A stretch of 36,640 bases of DNA from Streblomastix strix (taxonomy: Eukaryota), in assembly GCA_008636045.1 (NCBI GenBank), contig SNRW01000040.1, positions 1-36,640 of the forward strand, given 5' to 3'. The stretch's first letter is position 1, and each line of letters starts with the position of its first letter. The notes beneath the pieces are model-generated. The model worked only from the letters and a program-made list of their open reading frames with translations, was not told the DNA's origin and made no database searches. Positions 23,991 to 36,640 of the stretch are shown here, piece after piece. A program made the translations under genes and the position numbers.

Positions 23991-24991
23991 AAAGAGGTGG
24001 AGCAATTGAATAGAGTAACATAAGTACAATGCCATTGTGTTATTCATAACATTATGGTAATAGTACGTTATCACGGAGTTCAATTGCTCAACCTCTTGCC
24101 CTCCCGTTTGATGAGACCCTACCCGTCGGTCGAGGATTTGAACCAATCGACAATACAAGAGCACGAAGCGGTATGACTTACTTCGAGAAATAGAATGATA
24201 ATGAAAATTCTAGACTATACAGCTATTGAAATAGTTAGAATGATAATTTGTATTAAGAATTACGAAGATGCTTTTGTTAAAGATAAACAATAGCGATGAT
24301 AAGAAAACAAACAATAAACAATAGCAGCACTTAAATTAATATTTGCATGAAGTATTTTTTGAGGTTTTTTGATCGAATTTTTGAAGATATGACTTATATA
24401 ACAATAGAATCAAGTTTAGTAATATATTCTTCTTAAACTTGTTAATATATAAGAAAATAAAAAGAAATAGAGAACAGAGAAAGAATCAGAACGTAATTCA
24501 GAAATTTCAGATAATGTACTCAATGGGTTTGTTTAATCATAGAGATAAAGAAAAAATAGGAACGAAATCAAAAAAAAGAAATAATATCATAGCATGAATG
24601 AATTTCTTAAATTGCACTTAATATGTAATACAAGAAAACTAAATAAGAAAATTATTAAAATAGAAGAATTGAACTGATTGCAGATATTCGTTAGAAAATT
24701 CTAATGTAAAGCATTGAATTTATGGTGCAAAATTTGCTAATAGTTGATTATAAGAATTATTTGAAACAAAAAATAAGATTAAGTATTAAAAAAAAAATAG
24801 AAAAGAAATATTTGGAGAATATTAATAGATATGAATTAAATATAAAACTCAATAATAATCAATTTTGATCTTTACATTTTAATGATCTTTGATTTAATTA
24901 AAAAAGAAAAAAATAAAGAAATATAAATAATTATATTAAAATTGAATAAAATATTTTTTCAAAAAATGGTATTGATCGTCAAAAATTAAAA

Positions 24992-27900
24992 ATGCTCGAT
25001 TTATATGTACTAATATTTGTTCTTGTTGAGCAAGTTATGCTTGATGGATGTGCTTAAGTTATTTATAGTAGATCTTTTGTCTATGCACCTTTTGAATTCA
25101 TGGCAATTCGTTAATTACTGGATTCTCAACCCCCGTTATTGAAAAATGATACGCTTTTCACGTCATCGTGCTCTGCGTCTCACTGCTGCAATTATTCTTA
25201 GACTGTAATTGGTGTATGTTCTTTGCATTTTCTTTAACTCAAATTTATTATTAAATTCTTTTTTTTTAGACAGATGCAGCGTAGCCTCAATCATTTGCTT
25301 GCGTTTAAGTTTCGAATTGCAATTATCTGGCACCAAAATTTTAATGTTGTGATTGCCAAGAGTAGACGGAGGCCAGAAAAAGCAGGAACAAAATCGTGAG
25401 CAACGCCGATTCATTTAGGCAAAAGGGAACGTTTGATTATGTGCTTAACATGTTGGATTCGACGACATATGCCAATGGAAATTAATCTGTTGTAATCGCT
25501 GTAACAACATCAGAACCCGCAATTGTCAATGCAGTCAAGAAAAGTGAATGCGCATAACCCACGTCACTGCTTCTTTCTAATGGTAGATCTCCAAAGATAG
25601 TTGTTATATCTGTTCCAGCTACACATGAAGCTTAAATACCCCGGGCGTTCCTTCCTCCACCAGTTGACGTCAGTAGTAGGAAAGCAACGAATTCAGTAGA
25701 TCAAGAATCTTTTAAAGTCAAAGTCTTGGAATATGATATAAAGCAGAGAATGGAGAGAGCTGAACCTCCTAATATAAAGCCAGATTCAAGTATTATTACT
25801 TCTTTCAATGGAATTTAAACTAATATGATTGCTGATTAACATTCTCCACTCAGATCTTTGAATACTTGTTTATTAGATATAATCTTTGGAGTATCTCCCT
25901 ATCTAATTCTACTCCACTTTCTTATACATACATTATTCTCTTATCTCATTTGGAGCACTGAAGCTTAGATACACAAACATTAAAAGTTAATGAATAAGAA
26001 TAATCAGAATATAAAGCTAATTGTATGTATCCTAGTAATCAGCTCTTTATTTGGTATATTCAATGTTTCTGCTATCAATGATATTACATAAGATAATGGA
26101 ATTGGTACATCAACACTCAACAGTACTAGTAACACCTCATTAAACCTATCTAGTGCAAATAAGACCGATATAAACTCTTACATTATTAGTTCTTTAGAGT
26201 TTATTCAATCATCAAAGTAAACAAACGATGATATAACATTTTATATAAGGGATAATGGTAGTAATTCAGGAACTATATGCTCATCTACGTCACCTTGCAA
26301 AACTATCAATTACATTCTTACAATCAATCCACCAAGTGGATTTGATAGAAATTCCAACAGTGCAATTATTAACCTGAAATCTAGTTCATCAGATCAAACA
26401 GGCATTTCATTAGATAGTGGTACTAAATTGGCAATAAATATAATAATTCAATCTGATGGATATAATGCCATTGAAAATTATACTAAATAATCTATTTTAA
26501 CATCATCATTTAATACTTCTCTATTCACAATTTCTGGGAATGGTCATCTTGAACTTCTTGGACTTCACTTTGATAACCTTAATCCATCATCCAATAATCC
26601 GCTCATCTCAATTTCAACTAATTCAAATGATGTTCCTCAAATTTTAATAGATGGTTGTACATATAATAGAAGCAATAATGCATAGATTTATCATTCATTG
26701 ATTGAAATGAGTGGTGGAATGATGAAGATTCAGTGAACTCCGATTTAAAATTATGAATTATTGAGTGGTAAGAGTTTGATTAATATAAAGTAAGGTAGAA
26801 CATCCACAGTTGCAATCAGTTAAACTATATTCTCTAATATTAAATCATCAGGAACGGGTAAAGGGGCAGTTATTAATGCTTAGTTGTATTAAGGGAGTAT
26901 ATTGAAAGTTATTGAATCATGCGCATTCTATAATTGTTCAACTTAATAAAATGATAATTGTGCAGGAGGAGCTATTAATACAGTTGTAAATGGATCAAAT
27001 AGTTAATTCATAGTTTCAGATTTAGTCAAATTTGAGAAATGCTAAAGCAAACAAGGTGGCGCAATAAGTGTTGAATTATTGAATATGGGTATTTGTGTAG
27101 TTAATAATGTCAAATTCAATGAATGCAGTGTAAACAATGATGGTGGAGGAATTTATGCTCAATTATAAAATTCCGGAGGAACATTAACTGTTACTAATCA
27201 TACTTCATTTGTGTAATGCAATAATACGGATTGGGGAGGAGGAGGAATGAATATTGTGAGTTATGGATCGAATAGTAAATGTATAATCTCAGATAATGTT
27301 ATATTTGAAAAATGTGAAGCAGGAATTGGAGGTGCAATATACTTAGATCGACGCGATGGAGCGAGCTTTGAGGTCCATAATTGCCAATTCGTTGAATGCA
27401 CTTCCAGATATTATGGTGGAGCTATCTATTATTAATCATTGAATAACAATAATATTCCTAGTTTCATTTTAGATGGAGTATCATTCATTAGTTGTTCAAG
27501 CTAATATAACAGTGGGAACGGTGGATCACTATCGATAACGGTGTTTTCAGGTACTTCAACTATCAATGGATCACTATTTTCTGGTTGCTAAAGCCTTAAT
27601 AATGGCGGAGCTATAAATATTGACTTATATTCGAATTCAGCATTAATTATTGACAATGGAATATTTACAGACTGTGGTTGTTTAGGACCAGGAAGAGGCG
27701 GAGCAATTGCGATTTATTAATAGTAATCTAATTGTCTTATATCAATAACTAATTCATCATTCACGAACTGCAAAACACTCTCTGGAATTTCAAATTAATA
27801 CGGTTGGGGTGGAGCTATCGTTATTAAAATGGAATTGTAAGCTTCTTAATTAAATGCAACAAACTTCATTTTGTCAGATCTTAGTTTCACAAACTGTAAG

Positions 27901-29880
27901 GCATCTTGCGCTGGAAACAACTTACATATTCTCTCGCCAGATACACTTGCAACTGGTTAAGCAATAAAGAATGGAAATCTTCTTACTGTCAAAGATCCAT
28001 CCATTCCTCCAAATATAATATCAGATCTTTACACATCTCCATAATATGCATATGATTATATGGGAATTAATTAATCTATTGAAATAAATAATCCAGGAAC
28101 AATCAATCTTGATCTTCATAATCATCTGTTTGAAAAGTTCTTAACATCCAATGTTCCAAATCCAAGTTATATAGATGCAATTAATGGAAAAGATATTAAA
28201 TTCTGTGGATGGTAATCTTCTATGTGTAAAACAATAAAATATTCAATAGAAAGAAATCCAACTCCCTTATCTGGAACTCTACCAACAGATTCTATTTATA
28301 CAATAATATTGACATCGAATACAGCATTAGATACTAACATTCAAATAACATCAACAACATTAGTCAATGGATATGTAGTGATCAAATCAGATGAATATAA
28401 TCCAAATGAAGATTATACAAAATAATCTATTTTAACATCATCATTTAATACTTCTCTATTCACAATTTCTGGGAGTGGCCATCTTGAACTTCTTGGACTT
28501 CACTTTGATAACCTTAATCCATCATCCAATAATCCAATCATCTCCTTATTATCAGATGATTATGAATAAAATCTCTATCTTTCAATAATTGATTGTGAAT
28601 TCAATCAAGATCCTGATTCATATTCACATACCAATCTTTCTCACTCACTCATATCAATTAATAGAGGAATAATAAGAATGGAGAGAGCAAAGATAGAAAG
28701 TTATTAACTGATGAATGATAATAGTCTAATTAATATAAAATAAGGAGCTGAAGAAATTTTTATTCTGAATTGCAATATAAGGAATATTTTAAAGATTGGA
28801 GAAAAAAATCTAGGGATTATTGAATTATATAAAAGTATTAAAGTTTCAAATGAAGAATAATAAATGAATGTTAGAATTGAATTGTGTTCATTCATTTAAC
28901 CGATTAGCACAAGTTCTTCCAATATTACAACATCTTCTCCATTCATTCATGCTTCTATTGGCAAGTTGGAAATCATCTCATGTTCATTTGGATCAGAAGA
29001 TGAATCTTCATAGCTTTGGGCACATGCTATCTCAATTGAAGCTGAATGTACATAACTAATAATTTCCAATACAAATTTCACTAAACTTCTTTCTGGCGGT
29101 ATATTGCTGAAAGTTGGATAAGATTCTGTTGCTTTAATTGAAGATTGCTTATTCATGAATTGTGGAGATGGATCATAGATAGCAGGTGCTGCGCATACTA
29201 CTGGTGTTACAGGTTATAACTTAGGTTCAATTTCAATAACAAATAGTCAATTTATTTCATGCCAAGGATAACAAGCTGGAGGAATTGTATTCGGAGATAA
29301 CATAATACCTCTCAATGTGAAGAACAACTACTTCTCTAAGAATATCATTTCAAATTTGAAAGGAGTAAAAGATATATTATTCTCATCAAAAGAAATGTTG
29401 AATGAAGCTGAAGGAATTGAAGTAGTTGCAGAAGGATATAAATATGATAAGACTGATGGATATGTTGGAGAAGTAAAGATATCAGGATTCGATGCAAACT
29501 TCGCATAGTATCTTGATTGCAAAACTGAAGGAAGAGAAGATTGTGGAGAAATTCCATGTGGAGGAACAAAAGAGTAAACTGAAGAGTCATGTAAAGAAAC
29601 AATTAAAGAAGAAGAAGAAAAAGAAGAAGAAATAAATGATAAAAAGAAGTTAAGTAGAGAAGTGATTGCTGGCATTATTATTGGTGCAGTTGTTGTTATA
29701 GTTGCCATTTTGGTGATTATAGTTATAATAGTAATCTACAAGAAAGTTTGACAAAATATTTAATTAACATTATTATTATCTTTTATCTAATTCTTTATTA
29801 TAATTATTTATCAGAAAAATAGATCGAATTCAATTAATCAAAGAAGTTCTACGAATGAAATGGATGCAAATAATTGGTGA
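24992..29880 (+). CDS. Large Pmp/adhesin-like (GGAI/FxxC beta-helix) surface protein with a C-terminal TM helix; exons 24992-25213, 25270-29745, 29815-29880; one in-frame TGA at 26734
   Basis: Continuous frame with TAR=Q joining track ORFs 27247, 28222 and 29317. Repeated GGAI/GGGI and FxxC motifs, a Cys-rich juxtamembrane segment, TM VIAGIIIGAVVVIVAILVIIVIIVIY and a short tail. GT-AG introns at 25214-25269 and 29746-29814 keep the frame. Confidence 0.8.
26485..28535 (+). repeat. 116-bp near-identical intragenic direct repeat (26485-26600 and 28420-28535)
   Basis: AAATAATCTATTTTAACATCATCATTTAATAC...CCAATAATCC, 2 mismatches, offset 1935 bp (in frame). Confidence 0.9.
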
Positions 29881-30480
29881 TCTAAAAAAATCAAAAAAAA
29901 AAATATTCTCAATTTTACTTTTACTTTATTTTCACTTTTATTTAACTTTAATTTAATTAAACATCAACTATTACTTCTTATTTTTTGCTTTTATCTCTCA
30001 TTTCATTTATTCAATGTGTATAACACGAGAGACTTTAATTTGATTGATAACAAATATTAATGTGAAAAATAAAATTATTGAAAGATAAAATATGTAAATA
30101 AATTCAAATACATTTTCATATATTTATGCGATCTAGATTAAATAATAAATATTTATATAATACTGACTGAATATCAAAGAATAATTAAACAATTTCTTTT
30201 AATTTAAATATCATTTTAGTAAATATTTTTGAATCAATTACAAACATTTCTTTTTTTTACTAAAGATATTGAACATTAATAGGATCAACCGAACACAAAT
30301 TTTATAATGCTATAGTTGTTGGACATTAATAAGATCCACTAAACTTCTCCTTCTATTTACTCTAATTACAGTATAGATGTTGAACATGAATAATATAAAC
30401 AAAACGTCTACATTTATTTATTCTTGGTCATATTGAGATGTGGAAAATGTCAGTGTGGACAATTTTATGGAATCCAATAG

Positions 30481-30610
30481 TGCAAATGAACATCAGACAT
30501 ATATTCTTCTTCTAATTTATTAAAAGCATTATTCTGATAGTTAATATAAAACTATTAATGCAAATGAACATCAGACTTGCATTCTGTTTCTAATTAACGA
30601 AAAGCATTAC
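30481..30610. repeat. 78-bp tandem duplication, possibly a coding repeat on the minus strand (SDVHLH...NAFxxLExE)
   Basis: TGCAAATGAACATCAGAC at 30481 and 30559, each followed by TTCTAATT and AAAAGCATTA. Confidence 0.6.
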
Positions 30611-30721
30611 CAGCGGAGCTTTCAGCATAAATGAAAATCTGTTAATTGATATAAATCCATGAATATAAATGAAAATTCTTATACTATTATTGAAGATTCC
30701 TAATTAATAATAAAAAATAAC

Positions 30722-31055
30722 CAGTGTTTTTCATAAGGGTGCGGTATGGCGTAGGTCTACGTCGTTCTTTTGGCCTTGCCTACGCCAAACTTTTGGGGTT
30801 CTTACTCCACCTGTTTTCAATAATATATATAATATATCAATAATTTTTATAAAAAATTCTCCCTCGGCCCTTCGGGCCTCGCTAAATGCCTTAAAATTTA
30901 TTATAACTTATAAAAATTTTTGGGCTCGGTCCTTCGGGCCTCGCATTTACTGTAAAATTTTTATTAAATTAATAATTCGTTACGCCAAACTTTATTGATG
31001 TTTACGCCATACTATTAGTTTTTACGCCAAACTTTTGCTCTTAGGAAGAACCCTG
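30722..31055. mobile_element. 334-bp non-autonomous hAT-type element (MITE)
   Basis: Perfect 8-bp TSD AAAATAAC (30714-30721 and 31056-31063). TIRs CAGTGTTTTTCATA and TAGGAAGAACCCTG match 11/14. Subterminal TACGCCA(A/T)AC motifs at 30744 (reverse), 30781, 30981, 31003 and 31023. Confidence 0.88.
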
Positions 31056-31959
31056 AAAATAACTATAAATTTTAAAGGTTCACGATAACTATCAGGATAA
31101 TATTTTTGGTTAATTAGAGGATCTATAATAATATATAACAACTTCGCCTTTATTGAGTGAATACCATCAACTAATTGAAGTGATTCTTCTGGCCATTCGC
31201 CAAACAGTGTTACAATGGGGTGGCCATTAAGAAAAACAAAAAAGAAAAGTAGAAAAAATTGATAAATTTGGACTCTCAACAGGAAATCCAGCAGAAAAAA
31301 TAGACGAAGTGTTATTTAAATACGTAAAGCGGGTGATTCGAGAGCCAGCAAGAGAAACTCCCCATAAACAAATGATGTGTAAGAGTAAAATCCAAAATAA
31401 ATGACTACTAAATTAAATATAGTAGTACTCGTTTCGAACAAAAATATTAAAGTTAAATTAAAAATCGTTAAATATACAAAACAAAGTAAAATATTAAAGT
31501 CAAAGCTCGTTAAAATGTTGAATAAAAATAGTTAAATGTTAAATAAAATGGCCAAAAAAGTAAAAATATCTTTGTGTCTAGTTTCAATTCTATCAGCGAA
31601 CTGCATGAGAATATCCTCCCATAAATGATTATTGGCATCTCATGCCCACTAGCTTATTAGATACCATTGTCAACAGTTTACTTATATACTTATCAGTGTT
31701 GCATGATTTGCATTCCAGGAGATTGATAAAGATGATGTAATTACGAAAATATATGATACATAGCTTGCAGTGATTGATTCACAAACGCCACAAAGTGTTG
31801 GGACTAAAGCAAAAAACTATATGAATACATTTCTATAAAGTTTTAAACTGAATGGTGGTGCCAAAGCGAAATTGTTATATATTATAATACATCCTATAAT
31901 TACCAATAGTCCCACTTTGGCAATTGAGTAGTGCATATATTATATCCAACAACTTCACC

Positions 31960-34608
31960 TTATTGAGTATTTGAAATAGAATTACATTCCACTTAGCTGC
32001 GAGTATCAGATAATTTAGTTGCTATTTCATTATCTTTTAATCTCTCAGCAAATTCATAATACTCATTTGTTGATTTCGAATTCCTCGCAGGTCCTGTGTA
32101 TGCGTTTAATAACGTTTGGTCTGGACCCATTACTACAAATTGTGTTGCTGCTGAGTGTCTAAATGAATAAACTTGTTTCTTTTTTAAACCCATCGAGTCT
32201 AGTAATTTCTTTAATCTTAGTGAGATTTGGCCTTTTTAACTTATAGAGTTATGTCTTCATTCAAACATAATACTCCATATTTATTATCTCTGATGGGTCG
32301 ACCTTGTTTGTTACCAATTCATTTCAACCAATCGAAAAAGATTGCTATTGGACATTCAAATCTGTCTCTATTTTTCTGATATTTATGTGAATGAAGTTCC
32401 GACTTTGTTTTCAGTTGGAGCCGTAAGTCAATCTTATCAATTTGTTCGCAAATTACTAAGTGTCTTAGAGATTTTCCTTCCATTTCGGTTGGTCTTATTG
32501 AACAAATAGTCGTAAGGAGTGAAGTGATTTTAGTCTACAGTACAACGTTTATCAAGTTTCGGTTCAATCCTTTTCCTCTCCAATAGTCAAATTGTATACC
32601 CACTTTCCATATGTCTTCATATTTCGGTTTAACATTCATATGTGCTGAAATCGATTTTCTAGTAAATTGGAGCATATGGTTATTCTTGAAATCAATGTCG
32701 AATGTGAGTGAGAGCATTGAGGAGAGTCCATTAAGAAACTGAAGTACATAGCTTGCTGAAGTGTTTACTTAAGTGAATTAAGCTAATACCTCTGTTGTAA
32801 TGATGTGTGGTTTCATTTTTAATAAATCAAATATTGTGTAGTGATTGATTTAGGTCCATCTCTTATGAGTTTCGATTGAATAATTGTATCTTTTTCAAAT
32901 ATTATATCTTTATCCATATAAAATCAAATCTTTGCACCTTTTAAAAAATTTTTAATTCTAAAAATCTTTCTCGCGAATCTTCTTCCCTTCCTGGCCTTCG
33001 GTCCATCAGAAAACAGCATATCTTTCCTGATGAAAGTTTCAAATTCTTTTTAATTAACGATATTCTTAGTTCCAGAATTTCGTTGCTCCAGCTAAGCATA
33101 AGGGACTGAGCATTCTCGTTTACCAGTTCTGTGTACCATATCTGGCCTGGCCATAGTGGAGCTATTATCATTGCTTCGATCTGCTCTTCTCTGATCTTCT
33201 TCAGAACTGCTGGAAGGAGAGGGATAGGAGGTTGAATCCATGGTAGTTCCTTCTTCCATGTTTGACTAAGAGCATCGATTGTTGTTTCTCCGTGTCTCCT
33301 TTTTGTTGACATGAATCTTGGCAGTAGATTATTGAAGTGTTGAGAAAATTATTCTATTGTTGTGTTCAAGTTCATCTGAAGACATGTGTGTCGAAATTTC
33401 TACTTCTTTTGTTTGTTGTTTCCTATCCTTGATGGTCCACTTAGTGTATTTCCTATCTCGTTCTAACTGCTGGGAGGTGATTAATCTGGATCTATATTCC
33501 TAGTTTTTCTATTATTTAGGGAACTTGTTTGATTTCCTTTATTAGTGATGTGGATGCTCTCCATTTCCTGATATCGAAAACTGCTGATCTGTTATCGCTT
33601 CTGATCGCAATAGATTGAACTCGCAAATTTTTTAAAGTTTTGGCGGAACTTCGTAGGCCTTAATTTATAGCTTTGATTTACAAGTTGTTGTTTGAAAGCT
33701 TCTCATATCTTTTATTCTAAGATCCATGAGCAATTGCTATCATTTGCAGTTCCTTCTTTAACGTTAAACCGATCCATTAGGCGCCGCATCTGTTGTTGTT
33801 GTCATTGTCATTTAGGGTGGTATCTGTACTAATTGTGCTGGAATGTTAGCCCTGAATTTCGTTCTCAACCAAATTACTTCTGAAATTGCAGTTATGTTCT
33901 TTATCATCGTAGTATTCCATCCTCTAAATCATGCAAATTATACTTTCTGGCGGTCCATTATGATCAGGAAGAGCGAAGCTTCTTAGAATTATAGTCTTAT
34001 GAAATTAACCTTTCCTATCAATTTGACTTTTTGTTTTACAGTAATTTCTGTTCCTGTTCTTATCTATCTTCTCATATTGTATAGATCGTGTAGGAGTAAT
34101 AATCGTTTCATCGGATTCGTTTTAACTGTTGCGTTTGCTAGATTCCAATCCCATCCAAGAAATATTACTATCTAATTAGGTTCTGTCACGCACTTTTCCA
34201 TGTTCATTGCGAATCCGAAATATTACAATGTATCTATTACCTTCTTAGTCATGTTCTTCAAATATTCATTGTTCTGGTGAAGGAGAAGGATATCGTCGAC
34301 GTAGCTAATTTTCTAATCTCGGTTTTCATTCTTATTTGTTACATTATTGGTTCCATTGCTGTTGCAAAGTATATTGGTGAGTGTTTGGTTCCAAATGGCA
34401 TTACTCTATATATGTAGTGGTTGTTCTGGAATTCGAATGCTAGGTATGGTAGCGATTCTGTTTGGACTTTTAGGTGGTGAAATGCGGAGGAGAGGTCCAG
34501 TGAAGTGCTCCAATCTCCAAGTCTAATTATTTCTTTCACATCGTTCGAATCGTGCTTCTTGAAGTGGAAGTCTGCTATCTGTTTATTCGACGTTTTCGCA
34601 TCCAATAT
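31960..34608 (-). mobile_element. 5'-truncated decayed DIRS-like retrotransposon, copy 2 (RT-RNaseH-MTase plus YR)
   Basis: ILDAK...DWSTSLDLSSAFHHL...YRVMPFGTKHSP, YVDD (34292-34303); TTDAAP, IRSDNRSAVFD; IDALSQTWKKELPWIQPPIPLL...APLWPGQIWY; YR motifs CSIRPTE and YSFRHSAAT...YTG...TNEYY. Confidence 0.88.
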
Positions 34609-35773
34609 GAGTGCGACTTTGACCAATTCCACATTTCGTGAACTTGCATTTCCATCTATAAAATTAAAAGTATACAACAAAACTAAAAACTTTAAATTGA
34701 GCGAATCCAAATCTCTCGGGCCATTTCTCAGAAATATGATCAAAAAACTCTGGAAATTTTTATATTTAAACATAAAATAAAAAATCTCTGTAAAATAAAT
34801 ATGACTCAAATTTTATTAAACGTTTGTTACAAGATAGTTTAATTTTGAATTTATAACTAAAATTAAAAATAATAAGTAAATAGCAGAAAAAAATTTTTTT
34901 TCAGTATTATTTTAAAATTGGCTTTAGGTGCGCTGATAACCAGATATATGGTTTATATATTCAGATTAAACACATATGTCTACATTAAATATTGCAGTCT
35001 CACAAAAATACGTCGGGCCAATTTGGAGAAAAATTACAATTAATCCATAAAATTTATATTTATTTATTTGATTGAGTCTTATTAAACAGTATAAAAATTT
35101 AAATTTAATATTCTATATTATTTAAAAATATTTCTATTACTTTAACAATTGTATGATACTAATGAAAATATACAATGTTTTATTTTTTGCAATTAAAACT
35201 AATAAATTGTCTGAAATATGATTTTGTTCCATTTATTTTAATTATATATATATTTATGATGTTATTTTAGATCAAATGATATTAGTTATTAAGTATTTAA
35301 TTCTTCATTGATTATAAACGAAAAGTTTAAATAAAACAAACAGATTTACGCTTGATATGCTGAACAAAAAATATGTTAATCTTAATAATATTATTTAAAT
35401 ATTAATTAAAATTTTATTTCTTGTAAAGTTTTCATTATTAATTTATTTTTGTTTAATGAAAATAGTTTTTTCAATATTCTCTCTTGTTTTTTCATTATTT
35501 TCCTCTTATTTATGTATTACTATTTAGATTTTCATAATTAATTTGACGTTATATTTCTAAATTTACTTGCCATATGATATTTAAATTACTGTATCAAGAA
35601 AAATTGCACTCAATCATAATTTTTTACTTTCCTTCTTTTATCAGCTATTTACAGAATAATTAATCATTTAAACATAAATTTCTACATATTTATTACATTA
35701 ACTACATTTTTATATAAAATTTTATTTGTTTACTTTCTTAGAAGATCTGAACATAAATAAATAATAATTTAAG

Positions 35774-36460
35774 AAATGATAATTTTCAAATAATTGAGTC
35801 AAAACTGGACAATAGCGGAATTTCATAAGGTTTATTTTGTTTAAATTACAATATTATTCAATTTAAATATTTATTATTTAATCAAAAAATAAGATTCGCA
35901 GACATCTGATACCGAAACCTGGCGAAGTCAATTCATTTTATCGGTTTTTATTTAAGTTATTAATCATAATTCATTTCAGTTCATATTTAATTACTAATAA
36001 TATTAATTTTTATAATTAATTTATAGATGGGATGATTTGAATCTTGGAATGGATGTTGAAATCTATGAAGTTACTTATCACATTGTCGATTGTGATGAAT
36101 TCACAAAGGTATTTAAATTTATTTTATTATTTAATTTATTAATAATATATAATATATTTAGATATACAATATATTAAAGAGAACTTCTTTACCCGTGTTG
36201 AAATCCAATTGAATAGAAATGAAGAATTTCCATATGATCCTTTCCTTGTTAATTAAGAGAAGATGAAACCACATCCAAGAACAACTACAACTCAAGTATG
36301 ATATTAATAAATATAAATAAATTTTTATTATATAAATATATTATTTATAAATAAATTATTAATTATATATTGTTATTAATTATTTAATTTAAGATCCTGA
36401 GAAACTTGTATTGAGATAATGCTTGAGAAATGATAGAAAAGTTCTTCGTATCTATGCAGT
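35774..36460 (+). CDS. EFHC1/Rib72-like DM10-domain axonemal protein, partial multi-exon, possibly degenerate
   Basis: Exons give DNFQIIESKLDNSGISQG / IRRHLIPKPGEVNSFYR / WDDLNLGMDVEIYEVTYHIVDCDEFTK / NFFTRVEIQLNRNEEFPYDPF / LRQCLRNDRKVLRIYA. Introns at 35944-36026 and 36109-36181; some junctions do not splice cleanly in frame. Confidence 0.75.
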
Positions 36461-36511
36461 ATGATAATAATAATTAATATATTATAATTTTAATAAATAT
36501 ATTCATATATT

Positions 36512-36640
<129 letters not shown>

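Larger units (their letters stand above)
19600..24200 (+). mobile_element. Decayed DIRS-like (tyrosine recombinase) retrotransposon, copy 1
   Basis: Order is a gag-like region (~19600-20300, weak), RT, RNase H, MTase-like domain and YR, with many stops and frameshifts; termini not identified. Confidence 0.8.

Noticed and set aside
21230..34608. Retron or diversity-generating retroelement acting on the fibre or adhesin repeats
   Set aside because: Both RTs are DIRS-type with RNase H, MT and YR. The 116-bp repeat pair is coding in both copies with only two differences, not an adenine-specific TR/VR pattern.
34609..35612. TIR pair GAGTGC...GCACTC defining a 1-kb transposon
   Set aside because: Only about 6 bp of inverted match and no TSD

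Overview
Very AT-rich eukaryotic (protist) DNA read with a non-standard code: TAA/TAG behave as Gln and TGA is the only stop, so the supplied ORF track is fragmented. This code, short AT-rich GT-AG introns and a Pmp-like surface protein suggest an oxymonad such as Streblomastix (inference). Bases 1-14599 are the right part of a decaying endogenous Polinton/Maverick-type virus. It encodes a small MG-start amphipathic protein, a 736-aa phage-tail-fibre-like protein, an A32-type packaging ATPase, a protein-primed PolB (TP/OTU-like, exonuclease, HNH-like insert), a probable penton and an rve integrase. Its terminus carries a tRNA-like Pol III unit, a ~230-bp fold-back and an ACTACT end. Downstream host DNA holds an asparagine-synthetase-domain fragment, a Tc1-type transposase relic and two decayed DIRS-like retrotransposons (RT-RNaseH-MTase plus tyrosine recombinase). 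It also holds a ~1.6k-aa Pmp-like membrane protein gene, a 334-bp hAT-type MITE with a perfect 8-bp TSD, EFHC1/Rib72-like exons and a terminal (AT)n tract. All translations were done by hand and no database searches were run; edges of decayed elements are approximate.
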